A DNA stretch of 63,458 nt from Anaerolineales bacterium (GTDB lineage Bacteria; Chloroflexota; Anaerolineae; Anaerolineales; E44-bin32). The notes under the pieces were generated by a model that was given only the letters and a program-made list of their open reading frames with translations, was not told the DNA's origin and searched no databases. Positions 32,550 through 41,831 of this stretch are shown here, piece after piece. The stretch's first letter is position 1. The number at the start of each line of letters is the position of its first letter. The stretch covers positions 10,895 to 74,352 of the forward strand of contig JBJYWH010000298.1 in assembly GCA_046259355.1 (NCBI GenBank), in the 5' to 3' direction. The translations under genes and the position numbers were made by a program.

Positions 32550-32924
32550 TCAGCGGTGCGCGGCTATCGCCCGCTCTATCGCCCCTTCGAGTTCTTCGAT
32601 CGTCACAGGTTTAAAGACGAAGGCATCCGCTCCGAGCTGCATGGCCTCATCGACCTGTACGTCGGTGGTTTCGGAAGACAGCATGACGACCGGGATGTGC
32701 TTCAGATCGGGCCGCATGCGCAGAAATTCGAGCAAATCGATTCCGCTGACTTCCGGCATATTGATATCGAGCACCATCAGATCCGGACGTTCTCCGGTCA
32801 GAAGTCGGCGGGCTGCACTGCGGGCGTCGCGATGGGTCTCGACGGTGCAGTCGAGCAGTTCCAGCATCAAACGCACGGCGTGACTCATCTCGTCGTCGTC
32901 GTCAACAATCCATACTGCCGGCAT
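32550..32924 (-). CDS. single-domain response regulator (CheY-like receiver)
   Basis: 124 aa. Receiver residues are present: IVDDDDE, DLMVLDINMPEVSG and KP near the end. GGGAGG SD overlaps the uvrC stop. Confidence 0.85.
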   Translation of the reverse strand: MPAVWIVDDDDEMSHAVRLMLELLDCTVETHRDARSAARRLLTGERPDLMVLDINMPEVSGIDLLEFLRMRPDLKHIPVVMLSSETTDVQVDEAMQLGADAFVFKPVTIEELEGAIERAIAAHR

Positions 32925-32934
32925 GCCTGCCTCC

Positions 32935-34800
32935 CTACACCTGTAGTGCTTCTTTGACCCGCGTCGCCAGTTCGCGGCTGATGCCCGGAATTTGTTCCAG
33001 TTCCTCGATTTCGGCGCTGCGTACGTGGTCGAGATCCCCGAACTTCTTCAGAAGTGCCTTCTTACGGGCTGGTCCGATTCCTTCGATCCCATCCAGCGAG
33101 GAAGACAGGCTCGATCGCCGCCGCTGGCGGTGATGCTGCTGAAGGGCAAAGCGGTGGGCTTCATCGCGAATGCGCTGCACGAGGTACAACCCCTGCGAGC
33201 GCCGGGGCAGAATGACCGGATCCGGCCGGTTCACCAGATACAGCTCTTCATTCTCCTTCGCCAGCCCGACCACCGGGACCCGCCCATTGAGACCGTACTT
33301 CTCGAGCACGTCTCGAGCCCGGTTCAGTTGACCCTTGCCGCCATCGACGATCAGCAGATCGGGCAGGATGCCAAATCCCTGATCGAGCTTCCCCCCGGGC
33401 TTTTGGGCTTCTTCATTCGCTATTCCCCAGCGGCGGAAACGCCGGTCAAGCACCTCCTCCATGCTGGCGAAATCGTCCTGCCCCTGGACATCACGAACGG
33501 TGAACGTCCGGTAGAGGCGCTTGCTCGCTGCGCCCTGCTCGAAGACCACCATCGAACCGGCTGCGGCTGTGCCTTGCAGATTCGAGATATCGTAGCACTC
33601 GATTCGATTGGGAGGCTCTGCCAGATAGAGCGCGTCCTTGAGTTCGGAAAGCGCCTCGACATGCTTGCTGCGGTCGGCTTCCCACTTCGCCCGCAGGGAT
33701 GAAAGCGTTTCGGCCGCATTCTCGGCCGCCATCTGCACCAGTGCCCGCTTGGGCCCGCGTTGGGGCACTTTCAACTTCACGCTTGGCCCGCCGCGTTTTC
33801 GCGCCAGCCACGACTCGATGATGCGGGCTTCTTCAATATCCGTCGGGAGCAGCACCCGGTCAGGAATATGTGCCGCCTCAGTGTAGAACTGCTTTACAAA
33901 TGCCTCTACCAGCTCGGCATCGTCCGCTTCCTGGGCGCCATCGAGCACGAAGTATTCCCGGCCGATCAATTTGCCGCTGCGAATGAAAAAAACCTGCACG
34001 CAGGCATCATGCTCATCGCGCGCAAATGCGATGACATCCGAATCCTTTCGGTCCTGCGAGACGATCTTCTGCCCTTCCACGACCCGCTCGATCGCCTGCA
34101 GTTGATCGCGTAGGGCCGCCGCCCGCTCGTACTCGAGAGCCTGCGAGGCGCGCGCCATCTCGCCCTCCAGCCGCTCCACGATCGCATCGGTATGCCCCTG
34201 CAGGAAACGGCACAGGTCATCGATCATCGCCCGGTAACCAGCCTGGTCGACCCTGCCAATGCAAGGTGCAACGCAAAGCTTGATATCGTAATAGAGGCAA
34301 GCCCTCCGGTCCTGGCCCGTGATGACACGGTCGCAGGTCAGATAGGGAAAGATCTTGCGCAGCACATCGAGCGTCTGGTGGACAGCCCAGGCACTCGTGT
34401 AGGGACCGAAATAACGGCTGCCATCATCCTTCAGCCGCCGAGTTACCGTGACCTTTGGAAAGGAGTCAGCCCAGTGCACCCGGATATAGGGATAGCGCTT
34501 GTCATCCTTAAGGCGTACGTTGTACTTGGGCCGGTGGCGCTTGATCAAGTTCATCTCGAGGATCAGCGCCTCGAGCTCGGATCCCACAACGATCCATTCG
34601 ATGTCCGCGACCTGTGCCACCATCTCGGCCGTCTTCCGGCTGTGATTTGCGGAATCGTGGAAATAGGAACGCACCCGGCTGCGAAGGTTGACAGCCTTGC
34701 CGACGTACAGCACGTGCCCATCCCGGTCCTTCATCAGATAACACCCGGGCCTGGTGGGCAATCCCTCCAGAATCGGTTGGATTGACATCTTGGCAGTCAT
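32935..34800 (-). CDS. uvrC: excinuclease ABC subunit C
   Basis: 621 aa. It has GIY-YIG (GCYLMKDRDGHVLYVGKAVNLRSRV), a UVR domain, an endonuclease V-like region and a C-terminal (HhH)2 (IEGIGPARKKALLKKFG). Confidence 0.95.
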   Translation of the reverse strand: MTAKMSIQPILEGLPTRPGCYLMKDRDGHVLYVGKAVNLRSRVRSYFHDSANHSRKTAEMVAQVADIEWIVVGSELEALILEMNLIKRHRPKYNVRLKDDKRYPYIRVHWADSFPKVTVTRRLKDDGSRYFGPYTSAWAVHQTLDVLRKIFPYLTCDRVITGQDRRACLYYDIKLCVAPCIGRVDQAGYRAMIDDLCRFLQGHTDAIVERLEGEMARASQALEYERAAALRDQLQAIERVVEGQKIVSQDRKDSDVIAFARDEHDACVQVFFIRSGKLIGREYFVLDGAQEADDAELVEAFVKQFYTEAAHIPDRVLLPTDIEEARIIESWLARKRGGPSVKLKVPQRGPKRALVQMAAENAAETLSSLRAKWEADRSKHVEALSELKDALYLAEPPNRIECYDISNLQGTAAAGSMVVFEQGAASKRLYRTFTVRDVQGQDDFASMEEVLDRRFRRWGIANEEAQKPGGKLDQGFGILPDLLIVDGGKGQLNRARDVLEKYGLNGRVPVVGLAKENEELYLVNRPDPVILPRRSQGLYLVQRIRDEAHRFALQQHHRQRRRSSLSSSLDGIEGIGPARKKALLKKFGDLDHVRSAEIEELEQIPGISRELATRVKEALQV

Positions 34801-34809
34801 GCTGGTTCG

Positions 34810-34815
34810 ATTCTA
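34810..34815 (-). promoter_or_regulatory. extended -10 (TGcTAGAAT on minus strand) 9 nt upstream of uvrC ATG 34800; leaderless-type start
   Basis: The plus-strand sequence ATTCTA at 34810-34815 is the reverse complement. No SD intervenes. Confidence 0.4.
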
Positions 34816-34907
34816 GCATATCCATGCCCGGCTCAGCTTACGGCCGCCCTTCAAATGGGGCCGGCGACGGCCGCCTGGCCGAGTACACTTTCCGGCCCGG
34901 ATGCCGT

Positions 34908-34913
34908 TATAAT
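34908..34913 (+). promoter_or_regulatory. -10 element TATAAT 9 nt upstream of ATG 34923; leaderless-type start
   Basis: No SD intervenes. It is divergent from the uvrC promoter. Confidence 0.4.
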
Positions 34914-34922
34914 CACGAGACC

Positions 34923-36194
34923 ATGTCGAGATCGCTTTCGATCCTGCTCCTTTTCTGCCTGCTCATCCTGACGGCCTGCGCACCGGCGGCATCGACAGGA
35001 ACTCCACGCCCATCCACGACGCCAACCGGCATGCCGGAGGAGCCCACGGCGACTCCCTCGCCGGAAGCTCCTTCCAGCCTGACACTCTGGGTGCCGCCCT
35101 TCTTCGCTCCGGATGTGGACACGCAAGCCGGACTGCTCCTGGCGGAACGCGTGCATGCCTTCGAACAAGCCCATGTCGGGCTGACGATCGATGTGCGGGT
35201 GAAAGCCGAACGGGGAACCGGCGGATTGCTCGACAGCCTGGTATCGGCCAGCGCCGCCGCACCGGCTTCGCTCCCGGATCTGGTCCTGCTGGATCCCGAT
35301 TCCGTACGCAGCGCAGCCGCGCAGGAAATCCTCGCCCCGCTCGACGATCTGATAACGGCACCGGCTGATTCGGACGGGTACGAATACGCCATCCCGGTCT
35401 CTTTCGATAATGGATCGCGAGTCGCATCCCCGGTGGGGGCCACGACAGACGTACTCGCCTACCGCACCGATCTCTACCCGGAACCACCCCGCAGCTGGGA
35501 TTCGCTGCTGGAGGTCACGCGCACATTCCTCTTCCCGGCCGGTGATCCACGGGCACGCTTTACGCTTGCTGAGTACCTGGCTTCGGGCACACCGCTTAAG
35601 GACAGCAATGGAAATCTCCTTCTGGATGCTGCCGCTTTGAGCGACATCCTCGATTTCTACGCCCAGGCAGCCGAGAAGGGTGTGATTCCCTCCGCGGCAC
35701 TGCAGTACACCCGCTCGGATGAGACCTGGGATGAATTCGCCGGCAACCGCTCTGCGAGCGCGGTCGCACCCCTGACACGCTTCCTGGCTGAATACGACCC
35801 GGCCCGCATGGCAGCCATCCCACAGCCTACGGCGGATGGGGCCGGCATCGCACTTGCCACCACCTGGTCGTGGACAGTCGTCGACAGAGGACCCACACGA
35901 TTGAAGCTCGCGGCGGAACTGGTGGATTGGCTCTCGACACCCTCCTTCCTTGGCCAGTGGACGTATGCCCTGCGCGTGCTCCCCACGCGAAGTGCCGTGC
36001 TTGCCAATTGGCCAAGCGGCAGCGAAGCCGCTCTGGTGAGCAGCCTGGTGACGGTCGCGTACCCGCTTCCCGATGAAGATATCCGCACGCGGCTCGGCCT
36101 GCTGATCGACAATGCCGTCAAAGCGGTGCTGGAGGAAGGCGTCGCCCCGACCAGCGCTGCCCAGGCAGCCATCGAAGCCCTGCAATCGCCCTGA
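34923..36194 (+). CDS. extracellular solute-binding lipoprotein (ABC family 1-like), no permease or ATPase adjacent
   Basis: The start is MSRSLSILLLFCLLILTACAP (lipobox LTAC); the ORF-track frame begins at 34782. A Pro/Thr-rich linker is followed by a ~380-aa periplasmic-binding-protein-like body. Confidence 0.7.
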   Translation: MSRSLSILLLFCLLILTACAPAASTGTPRPSTTPTGMPEEPTATPSPEAPSSLTLWVPPFFAPDVDTQAGLLLAERVHAFEQAHVGLTIDVRVKAERGTGGLLDSLVSASAAAPASLPDLVLLDPDSVRSAAAQEILAPLDDLITAPADSDGYEYAIPVSFDNGSRVASPVGATTDVLAYRTDLYPEPPRSWDSLLEVTRTFLFPAGDPRARFTLAEYLASGTPLKDSNGNLLLDAAALSDILDFYAQAAEKGVIPSAALQYTRSDETWDEFAGNRSASAVAPLTRFLAEYDPARMAAIPQPTADGAGIALATTWSWTVVDRGPTRLKLAAELVDWLSTPSFLGQWTYALRVLPTRSAVLANWPSGSEAALVSSLVTVAYPLPDEDIRTRLGLLIDNAVKAVLEEGVAPTSAAQAAIEALQSP

Positions 36195-36213
36195 GCATTC
36201 GACCGGCACGTAT

Positions 36214-37536
36214 ATGGCTGCGATGCCCACCCTGCGATTTGAAGATCACGAGCGCCATCTTCACGCGATTCGAGCGGCCGCCATGCAAGCCGCTGACCCC
36301 GACCGGGCTGTGCGCGAGCATTTTCATGCCAACGGCTCGTGCTGGACCCTTGATGGCCAGGATCTGATCCTTCCAACCAACGGACGGGTCTTCCTGCTGG
36401 CGGTTGGTAAAGCGGCCAGCAGCATGACCTCCGCAGCGCTCGACCGGCTCGGAGATCAGCTTTCAGCCGGCATCATGATCGTTCGCCCTCCGGTTGATCA
36501 GGTTCCAGCGAGGGCAGACTGCCGGGTCCTTGCCGGCGGCCATCCGCTGCCGGACGAAAACAGCCTGCACGCCGGCCGGTCGGTGCTCGAGATGCTGGCC
36601 GGTGCGCACCCGGAAGACACCCTGCTCTGCCTGCTTTCCGGGGGGGCGTCCGCAATGCTGGAGCTACCGGTCGATGGAATCGAACTCGACGACTTGATCG
36701 AAGTCACCCGGCTGCTGCTGCGCAGCGGTGCCCCGATCCAGGACATCAACTGTGTGCGCAAAGCCATCTCGCAGTTGAAGGGCGGCCGGCTGCTGTCGCT
36801 CGCTGCGCCGGCCCGGGTGGTCACTCTGATCATGTCCGACGTGATCGGTGATGACCTGGCCGATATCGGTTCGGGTCCCACGGTTCCGCAGTCCGTGAGC
36901 GGATCCGCGGCGCGCGCGATCCTCACACGAAACGGCATCTGGGAAAAAACCCCGGCCTCGGTTCGCGGCGCACTCTCCCGTGAACAGCCGGACGTCCGGC
37001 CACACCCACGACCCTTGAATGTACTTATCGGCAGCAACCGGATGGTCGTTGCCGCCGCGCGGCAGGCCGCCTGTGACCTGGGCTTTGAAACCGAGATCGA
37101 GGCGCAGCCCCTGCAGGGCGAGGCCCGGATTGCAGGCGCGGCGCTGGCTTCGCGATGGATCGAACAGAAACAATCGGCGCTCCAGCCGTGGGCGTCCATT
37201 TATGGCGGCGAGACCACGGTCACGGTTTCCGGTGACGGCCTTGGAGGGCGCAACCAGGAGCTGGCGCTTTCCGCCGCGCTGGCGATCGAAGGCCAGGGCC
37301 ATCTGGCCGTGCTGAGCATCGCCACCGATGGAATCGATGGGCCTACCGATGCGGCCGGGGCCATCGTCACCCCGGCCACGGCTGGGATCATTCGTTCACG
37401 GGGCGTGGATCCACAATGCGCGCTGGAAGCGCACGATTCCTACCACGCCCTCGAGGCGGCCAGCGCGCTCATCCGGACCGGTCCAAGCGGCACCAACCTG
37501 AACGATCTGCTGGTTGTGCTCGGTTATCCCGCCTGA
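36214..37536 (+). CDS. glycerate 2-kinase / hydroxypyruvate reductase-like protein (DUF4147 + MOFRL)
   Basis: The start is MAAMPTLRFED; the ORF-track frame begins at 36112. Motifs are LLAVGKAASSM and ..LLSGGASAML.. The C-terminal MOFRL-like region reads GGETTVTV.G.GLGGRNQE..ATDGIDGPTDAAGA. Confidence 0.8.
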   Translation: MAAMPTLRFEDHERHLHAIRAAAMQAADPDRAVREHFHANGSCWTLDGQDLILPTNGRVFLLAVGKAASSMTSAALDRLGDQLSAGIMIVRPPVDQVPARADCRVLAGGHPLPDENSLHAGRSVLEMLAGAHPEDTLLCLLSGGASAMLELPVDGIELDDLIEVTRLLLRSGAPIQDINCVRKAISQLKGGRLLSLAAPARVVTLIMSDVIGDDLADIGSGPTVPQSVSGSAARAILTRNGIWEKTPASVRGALSREQPDVRPHPRPLNVLIGSNRMVVAAARQAACDLGFETEIEAQPLQGEARIAGAALASRWIEQKQSALQPWASIYGGETTVTVSGDGLGGRNQELALSAALAIEGQGHLAVLSIATDGIDGPTDAAGAIVTPATAGIIRSRGVDPQCALEAHDSYHALEAASALIRTGPSGTNLNDLLVVLGYPA

Positions 37537-37613
37537 TGGCAGGTTCGTTGTTTGACCGGCCCGCAGCGCGCTGATACAATCCCGCCGCTCACCCATCCCC
37601 ACCTGGAGGTCGT

Positions 37614-39086
37614 ATGCCGGTTCATTTCGGTACTGATGGTTGGCGAGGCGTCATCTCGGACACCTTTACGTTTCACAATCTGCGCCTGGTAACCCAGGCA
37701 GTGGCTGATGCGGTCGCATCGGAAGAGTGGCTCAATGGCAGCCAGCTCGATGCCGCCCCGGATCCGCACCGCATGGTTGTCGGATTCGACACCCGCTTCC
37801 TCTCCGATCGCTATGCCGTCGAGGCGGCGCGCGTGCTGGCGGCGAACGGCTACAAGGTCTACCTGGCAACCTCGGATGCCCCAACGCCGGCCATTTCCTA
37901 TGCGGTACGGCACCTGGGCGCCATTGCCGGCTTGATGATCACAGCCTCCCACAACGCCCCGCGCTACAACGGCATCAAGCTCAAGGCGGCCTACGGGGGC
38001 TCGGCCGCCGCCGAACAATGCCGGCGGGTCGAAGTGTACCTGAATGACAACGAAGCACGTGGGCGCGGTCCCAATTTGATGGATTTCGAGCAAGCGCGTG
38101 AGTCCGGCCTGATTGAACGGTTCAACCCCACGCCGGCATATTACGATCATCTGCGCCGGCTGATCAAGCTGGAGGCGATCGCCGAGAACCCGCTCCACAT
38201 CGTCGTCGATTCGATGTACGGCTCGGGCCGCGGCCAGATCAAGGGCATCCTGCAGGGATCCGGCTGCGAGGTGTTCGAGATCCGGGGCGAGATGAACCCG
38301 GGCTTCGGCGGCATTCATCCCGAGCCCATCATGCGCTACCTGGGCGCGCTCGCAGGCGCCATCGCCGCCGGACACGGTCAGCTCGGCCTGGCGACCGACG
38401 GGGACGCGGACCGAATCGGCGCGATGGATGGGCGGGGGAAGTTCGTCGATCCCCACCGCATCATGGCGCTGGCGTTGAAATACCTGGTGGAAGTCCGGGG
38501 CTGGAAGGGAAAGGTGGTCAAGACGGTCTCGACCACACAGATGATCAACCGCCTGGCGGCCTCGTATAACCTGGAGTTGATCGAGACGCCGGTTGGGTTC
38601 AACCATATTGCGGACCTGATGATGACCGGGGAAGTGCTGATCGGAGGCGAGGAATCAGGCGGCATCGCGTTCCAGGGCCACATCCCCGAAGGCGACGGGG
38701 TGCTGATGGGATTGCTGCTGGCCGAGATCGTCGCCTCTTCCGGCGCTGCACTTGAAGACCTGGTCGAAGATCTGCTGAAAACCGTTGGACCCGCCCACTA
38801 CACCCGCGTCGATCTGCGTCTGGCGCGACCGATTTCTAAAGCCAAAATGGTCGAGCACCTCTCGCAGTCTGCGCCCGCCAGCATCGGGGGAGCGACCGTC
38901 CAATCGGTTCAGACGATGGATGGGGTGAAGTACCTGCTGAGCGATGATTCTTGGCTGCTGATCCGGCCTTCCGGGACCGAGCCGGTGCTTCGGGTTTATG
39001 CAGAAGCCCGCGAGCCAGAAATGGTCGATGCACTGCTCGGCTTCGGCCAGCAGGTGGCCGAAGGCTCGCCGGAGAGCATCAGCTAG
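37614..39086 (+). CDS. alpha-D-phosphohexomutase (phosphoglucomutase/phosphomannomutase family)
   Basis: 490 aa. It has FGTDGWRG, the active-site serine loop TASHNAPRYNGIK, the Mg site GLATDGDADR and the sugar loop GGEESGG. TACAAT is at 37576-37581 and GGAGG SD lies upstream. Confidence 0.85.
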   Translation: MPVHFGTDGWRGVISDTFTFHNLRLVTQAVADAVASEEWLNGSQLDAAPDPHRMVVGFDTRFLSDRYAVEAARVLAANGYKVYLATSDAPTPAISYAVRHLGAIAGLMITASHNAPRYNGIKLKAAYGGSAAAEQCRRVEVYLNDNEARGRGPNLMDFEQARESGLIERFNPTPAYYDHLRRLIKLEAIAENPLHIVVDSMYGSGRGQIKGILQGSGCEVFEIRGEMNPGFGGIHPEPIMRYLGALAGAIAAGHGQLGLATDGDADRIGAMDGRGKFVDPHRIMALALKYLVEVRGWKGKVVKTVSTTQMINRLAASYNLELIETPVGFNHIADLMMTGEVLIGGEESGGIAFQGHIPEGDGVLMGLLLAEIVASSGAALEDLVEDLLKTVGPAHYTRVDLRLARPISKAKMVEHLSQSAPASIGGATVQSVQTMDGVKYLLSDDSWLLIRPSGTEPVLRVYAEAREPEMVDALLGFGQQVAEGSPESIS

Positions 39087-39124
39087 ATTCTGGATTTTCC
39101 CGTTACCCAACGCCTGGAAATACC

Positions 39125-40237
39125 CTACCCGGGTTCGATCGGCAGGGCGATGCGGAACGTGCTGCCCTGTCCGACTTTGCTTTCGACCGTCAGCTCGCCG
39201 CCATGGAGCGCGACGATGCCGCGGCAGATCGCCAGGCCGGAGCCGATGCCCTGCTGCTCCCGCTTGGCGCGATCGATCTGGTGAAACAGATCGAAAAGGC
39301 GATTGAGCTCTTCTTCCGCAATGCCGATGCCTTGATCCTGAATGTGGAGCAAGAGTTTGCCGTCTTCCTCGCTGGCGACAAAACGGACCCATTGGCTGTC
39401 CGCTTCAGAAAACTTGATCGCGTTCTCCAGCAGACGGCCGATCGCATCGGACAGATAGGTTTCATCAATCACGATCGGGGGCAGGTCGTCCGGCACATCG
39501 ATTCGCAGTTCAAGCTTCTTCCGCTCGGCCTCCGGGGTGAATCGCCGGGCCAGGATGCGCAGCCAGGCGCTGGTTTCTTCGACTTGAGCCCGGCGGAAAT
39601 TATAGGCGTTGCGAGCCTCTCCCGACTCCAGTTCCACCAGGATAAGGAAATCTTCCACCAGTCGGTTGAGCCGCTCTGCACCGCGCTTGATGCCGAACAT
39701 GAACTCGTCGAAGTCCTCCGAGGAAAGGCTGCTGCCCTCCTGCGAAAGCAGGTCCGAGTAATTCAGGATGTACGTCAGCGGTGTGCGGAACTCATGCGAG
39801 AGGGTGAGCAAGATCTTGTGCTTGAAATCTTCGATCTCCTCGCTCTGCTGCGAACGTACCGCTTTGAAGCGTGAAAGCTTGCCGTGAATCGCAGCCAGCA
39901 GATCTTCGTCATCGAAAGGCTTGGTGATGTAGTCATCCGCACCCGCCGACCGGCCGCGGCGAATATCGCTCTTTTCCCCGCGTGCGGTCAGAAAGATGAA
40001 GGGCACCGATGTCAGGCGGCCGATCTCGCGCACGGCAGCGTGGAAAGTGTAGCCATCCATCTCGGGCATCATGATGTCTGAGACGATCAGGTCCGGTCGT
40101 TCATCCTCCAGCGCGGCGAGTGCCTCACGACCATTGGAGGCGGTCATCACCCGGTAGCCGCTGATTTCAAGCAGCTCGCGAATGCCTTCCAGGAGCGCCA
40201 GATCGTCTTCCACGACCATAATGAGGGCTTCTGCCAT
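39125..40237 (-). CDS. hybrid response-regulator / histidine kinase (REC-HisKA-HATPase_c)
   Basis: The start is MAEALIMVVEDD (ATG 40237, GGAG 9 nt upstream). Motifs: receiver DLIVSDIMMPEMDG, H-box LSHEFRTPLT, N-box RLLENAIKF, and G-boxes DQGIGI and GSGLAICRGIV. Confidence 0.85.
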   Translation of the reverse strand: MAEALIMVVEDDLALLEGIRELLEISGYRVMTASNGREALAALEDERPDLIVSDIMMPEMDGYTFHAAVREIGRLTSVPFIFLTARGEKSDIRRGRSAGADDYITKPFDDEDLLAAIHGKLSRFKAVRSQQSEEIEDFKHKILLTLSHEFRTPLTYILNYSDLLSQEGSSLSSEDFDEFMFGIKRGAERLNRLVEDFLILVELESGEARNAYNFRRAQVEETSAWLRILARRFTPEAERKKLELRIDVPDDLPPIVIDETYLSDAIGRLLENAIKFSEADSQWVRFVASEEDGKLLLHIQDQGIGIAEEELNRLFDLFHQIDRAKREQQGIGSGLAICRGIVALHGGELTVESKVGQGSTFRIALPIEPG

Positions 40238-40423
40238 CACATCAACTCCGCTGTGCTGAACGGAACCGAAACATCTCGAATTCGAGACATTTCATCCATG
40301 GATCCGCTTGTCGGGCATGTTTTGCAGGGTGCCGGTGATTCGATACCGGCCATGGGCCTGTTAACAAGATACGACGGAGGGAGAAAAAAGCAAGCAAACC
40401 CCCTGGCTTCTTTGGAACCCTGC

Positions 40424-41746
40424 TTAGCTTTCGCGTGAGGTTGAGAGAAGCTTGTAACCCCGGCCGCGGCGGGTGATCAGGTAGCGTGGTTCGGTTGGAT
40501 CCGGCTCGATCTTGCTTCGCAGCCGGCTGATCAGTTTTTCCACCCGGGCGTCATCGACGCTCCCCAGGTAATCCTCGCCCCAGACAGCCGTTACGATCTG
40601 GTACTTGTCCGTCAGCTTATCCCGCCGGGCATAGAGCAGATCGAGCAATCGATATTCGAGGTCGGTCAGGACCGGCACCCGAATTCCATCGACCCACACA
40701 TCGCCCGAATCGCTGTCCAGGAACACTCCTTGTGTATCCACATCCGCGCCACGGCCTTTGCGGGCCACGAAGTCGGTGAAGATCGGGGAGAACGGCTGGC
40801 CATCCCGCAGCAGCCCGAGCGTTTCCAAGCGGTGGACCTGGCGGGGCGGCAACCCGGCATTCGGCTCCAGCACGATGCTGATCAAAGCCTCACGATCGCT
40901 TTCTTCCAGCTGGCTCCACAGTTTGAGGCATTCCGCGCGCGGCTGCGGCTCCACCCGCGCCAGGTACTCCGGATCGATTTTTCGATCGCGGGCGGCGTTC
41001 GCCAACAGCTGGGCCACGGCGATCAGCATGCCAGGATGCCCGCCAGCAAGTTCATGGATCTTCTGCCGGGCTGCGGCCGAGATGCCATGCAGATCGAGCC
41101 GGTCGAGCAGCAGCTCCATCTCCTCATCCGAGAGCAGCGGCATGGTGTAGGTAAATCGGGAGAACAGCTCCGCGAACTCATCTTCGACAGCCTCGCCCCG
41201 CAGCTCAGGCAGGCTCCGTTCGGTCGCAACCGCGTAAACCAGGCGATCATGAAAACGATCCCGCAGTGCCCGCAGATTGAGCAGCGCCCGTTCATCGAGC
41301 GCGGCGTAGATTTCGCCGAACTCATCGAACAGCAGGCACAGGTTTTGTTCCACCTGCTCACAAAGATCGGACAGCGCCAGGTTGAAGGAGAGCGAGGCAG
41401 CAAAGGATGAGTCGGCTTCTGTGATCGTCTGGTGGTGTTCCCGTAAAATCGGCGATAGGGTGCTCTGGATCTTCCGATCTAGATTCTCCAGGATCGAACG
41501 CAGCACGACTTCATAAAACGCCTGGTCGGATATCGCCACCGCCCGGTTGCAGTCGATGTAGACCAGGTAGCCCGTACGGCCGGAGAGCTTCTCGTACTGG
41601 CGCTGCGAATCCTCTTCTACCAGCGAACGCATCAGCATCGACTTGCCGGTGTTGCTCAGCCCAACGATGGATACGCTGTGGCCGGCAGCCATGTCGGCCA
41701 GCACGCGTTCGCGCATCGCCTTGAATGGGAGTTCGGGTTGCGGCAT
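40424..41746 (-). CDS. P-loop NTPase (AAA/STAND-like) with C-terminal OmpR/PhoB-type winged-helix DNA-binding domain
   Basis: 440 aa. Walker A is GLSNTGKS and Walker B-like is CLLFDEFGEIY. The C-terminal trans_reg_C-like region reads LTDLEYRLLDLLYARRDKLTDKYQIVTAVWG...VEKLISRLRSKIE..PRYLITRRGRGYKL. Confidence 0.7.
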   Translation of the reverse strand: MPQPELPFKAMRERVLADMAAGHSVSIVGLSNTGKSMLMRSLVEEDSQRQYEKLSGRTGYLVYIDCNRAVAISDQAFYEVVLRSILENLDRKIQSTLSPILREHHQTITEADSSFAASLSFNLALSDLCEQVEQNLCLLFDEFGEIYAALDERALLNLRALRDRFHDRLVYAVATERSLPELRGEAVEDEFAELFSRFTYTMPLLSDEEMELLLDRLDLHGISAAARQKIHELAGGHPGMLIAVAQLLANAARDRKIDPEYLARVEPQPRAECLKLWSQLEESDREALISIVLEPNAGLPPRQVHRLETLGLLRDGQPFSPIFTDFVARKGRGADVDTQGVFLDSDSGDVWVDGIRVPVLTDLEYRLLDLLYARRDKLTDKYQIVTAVWGEDYLGSVDDARVEKLISRLRSKIEPDPTEPRYLITRRGRGYKLLSTSRES

Positions 41747-41831
41747 GCTTGCTCCAGATACGAAGGCAGGGCCAACAGTAGGCTGACCCTGCCCGGGCGT
41801 ATTTGAAATCGGCGCGCGTTATGGGCGGCCG

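Noticed and set aside
34801-34812. CGAAC half-site next to the uvrC promoter as a second LexA box
   Set aside because: Only one half (CGAAC) is present, and the partner GTTC at N4 spacing is absent (CGAACCAGCATGA).
34851-36230. 459-aa minus-strand ORF; likewise 37524-38606 (-), 21070-22341 (-), 50147-51481 (-), 51761-53218 (-), 56435-57742 (-), 58311-59675 (+), 59784-61187 (-), 48155-49132 (+) and 46606-47616 (+)
   Set aside because: All are antisense or out of frame to ORFs with clear family motifs or coherent TM topology. All have the Arg/Pro/Gly/His-heavy composition of high-GC shadow frames.
40340-40423. Intrinsic terminator after the NTPase-wHTH gene (T-run TTTTTT on the minus strand near 40385-40390)
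   Set aside because: The preceding sequence forms only a ~4-bp stem (AAGC/GCTT), which is too weak to call.
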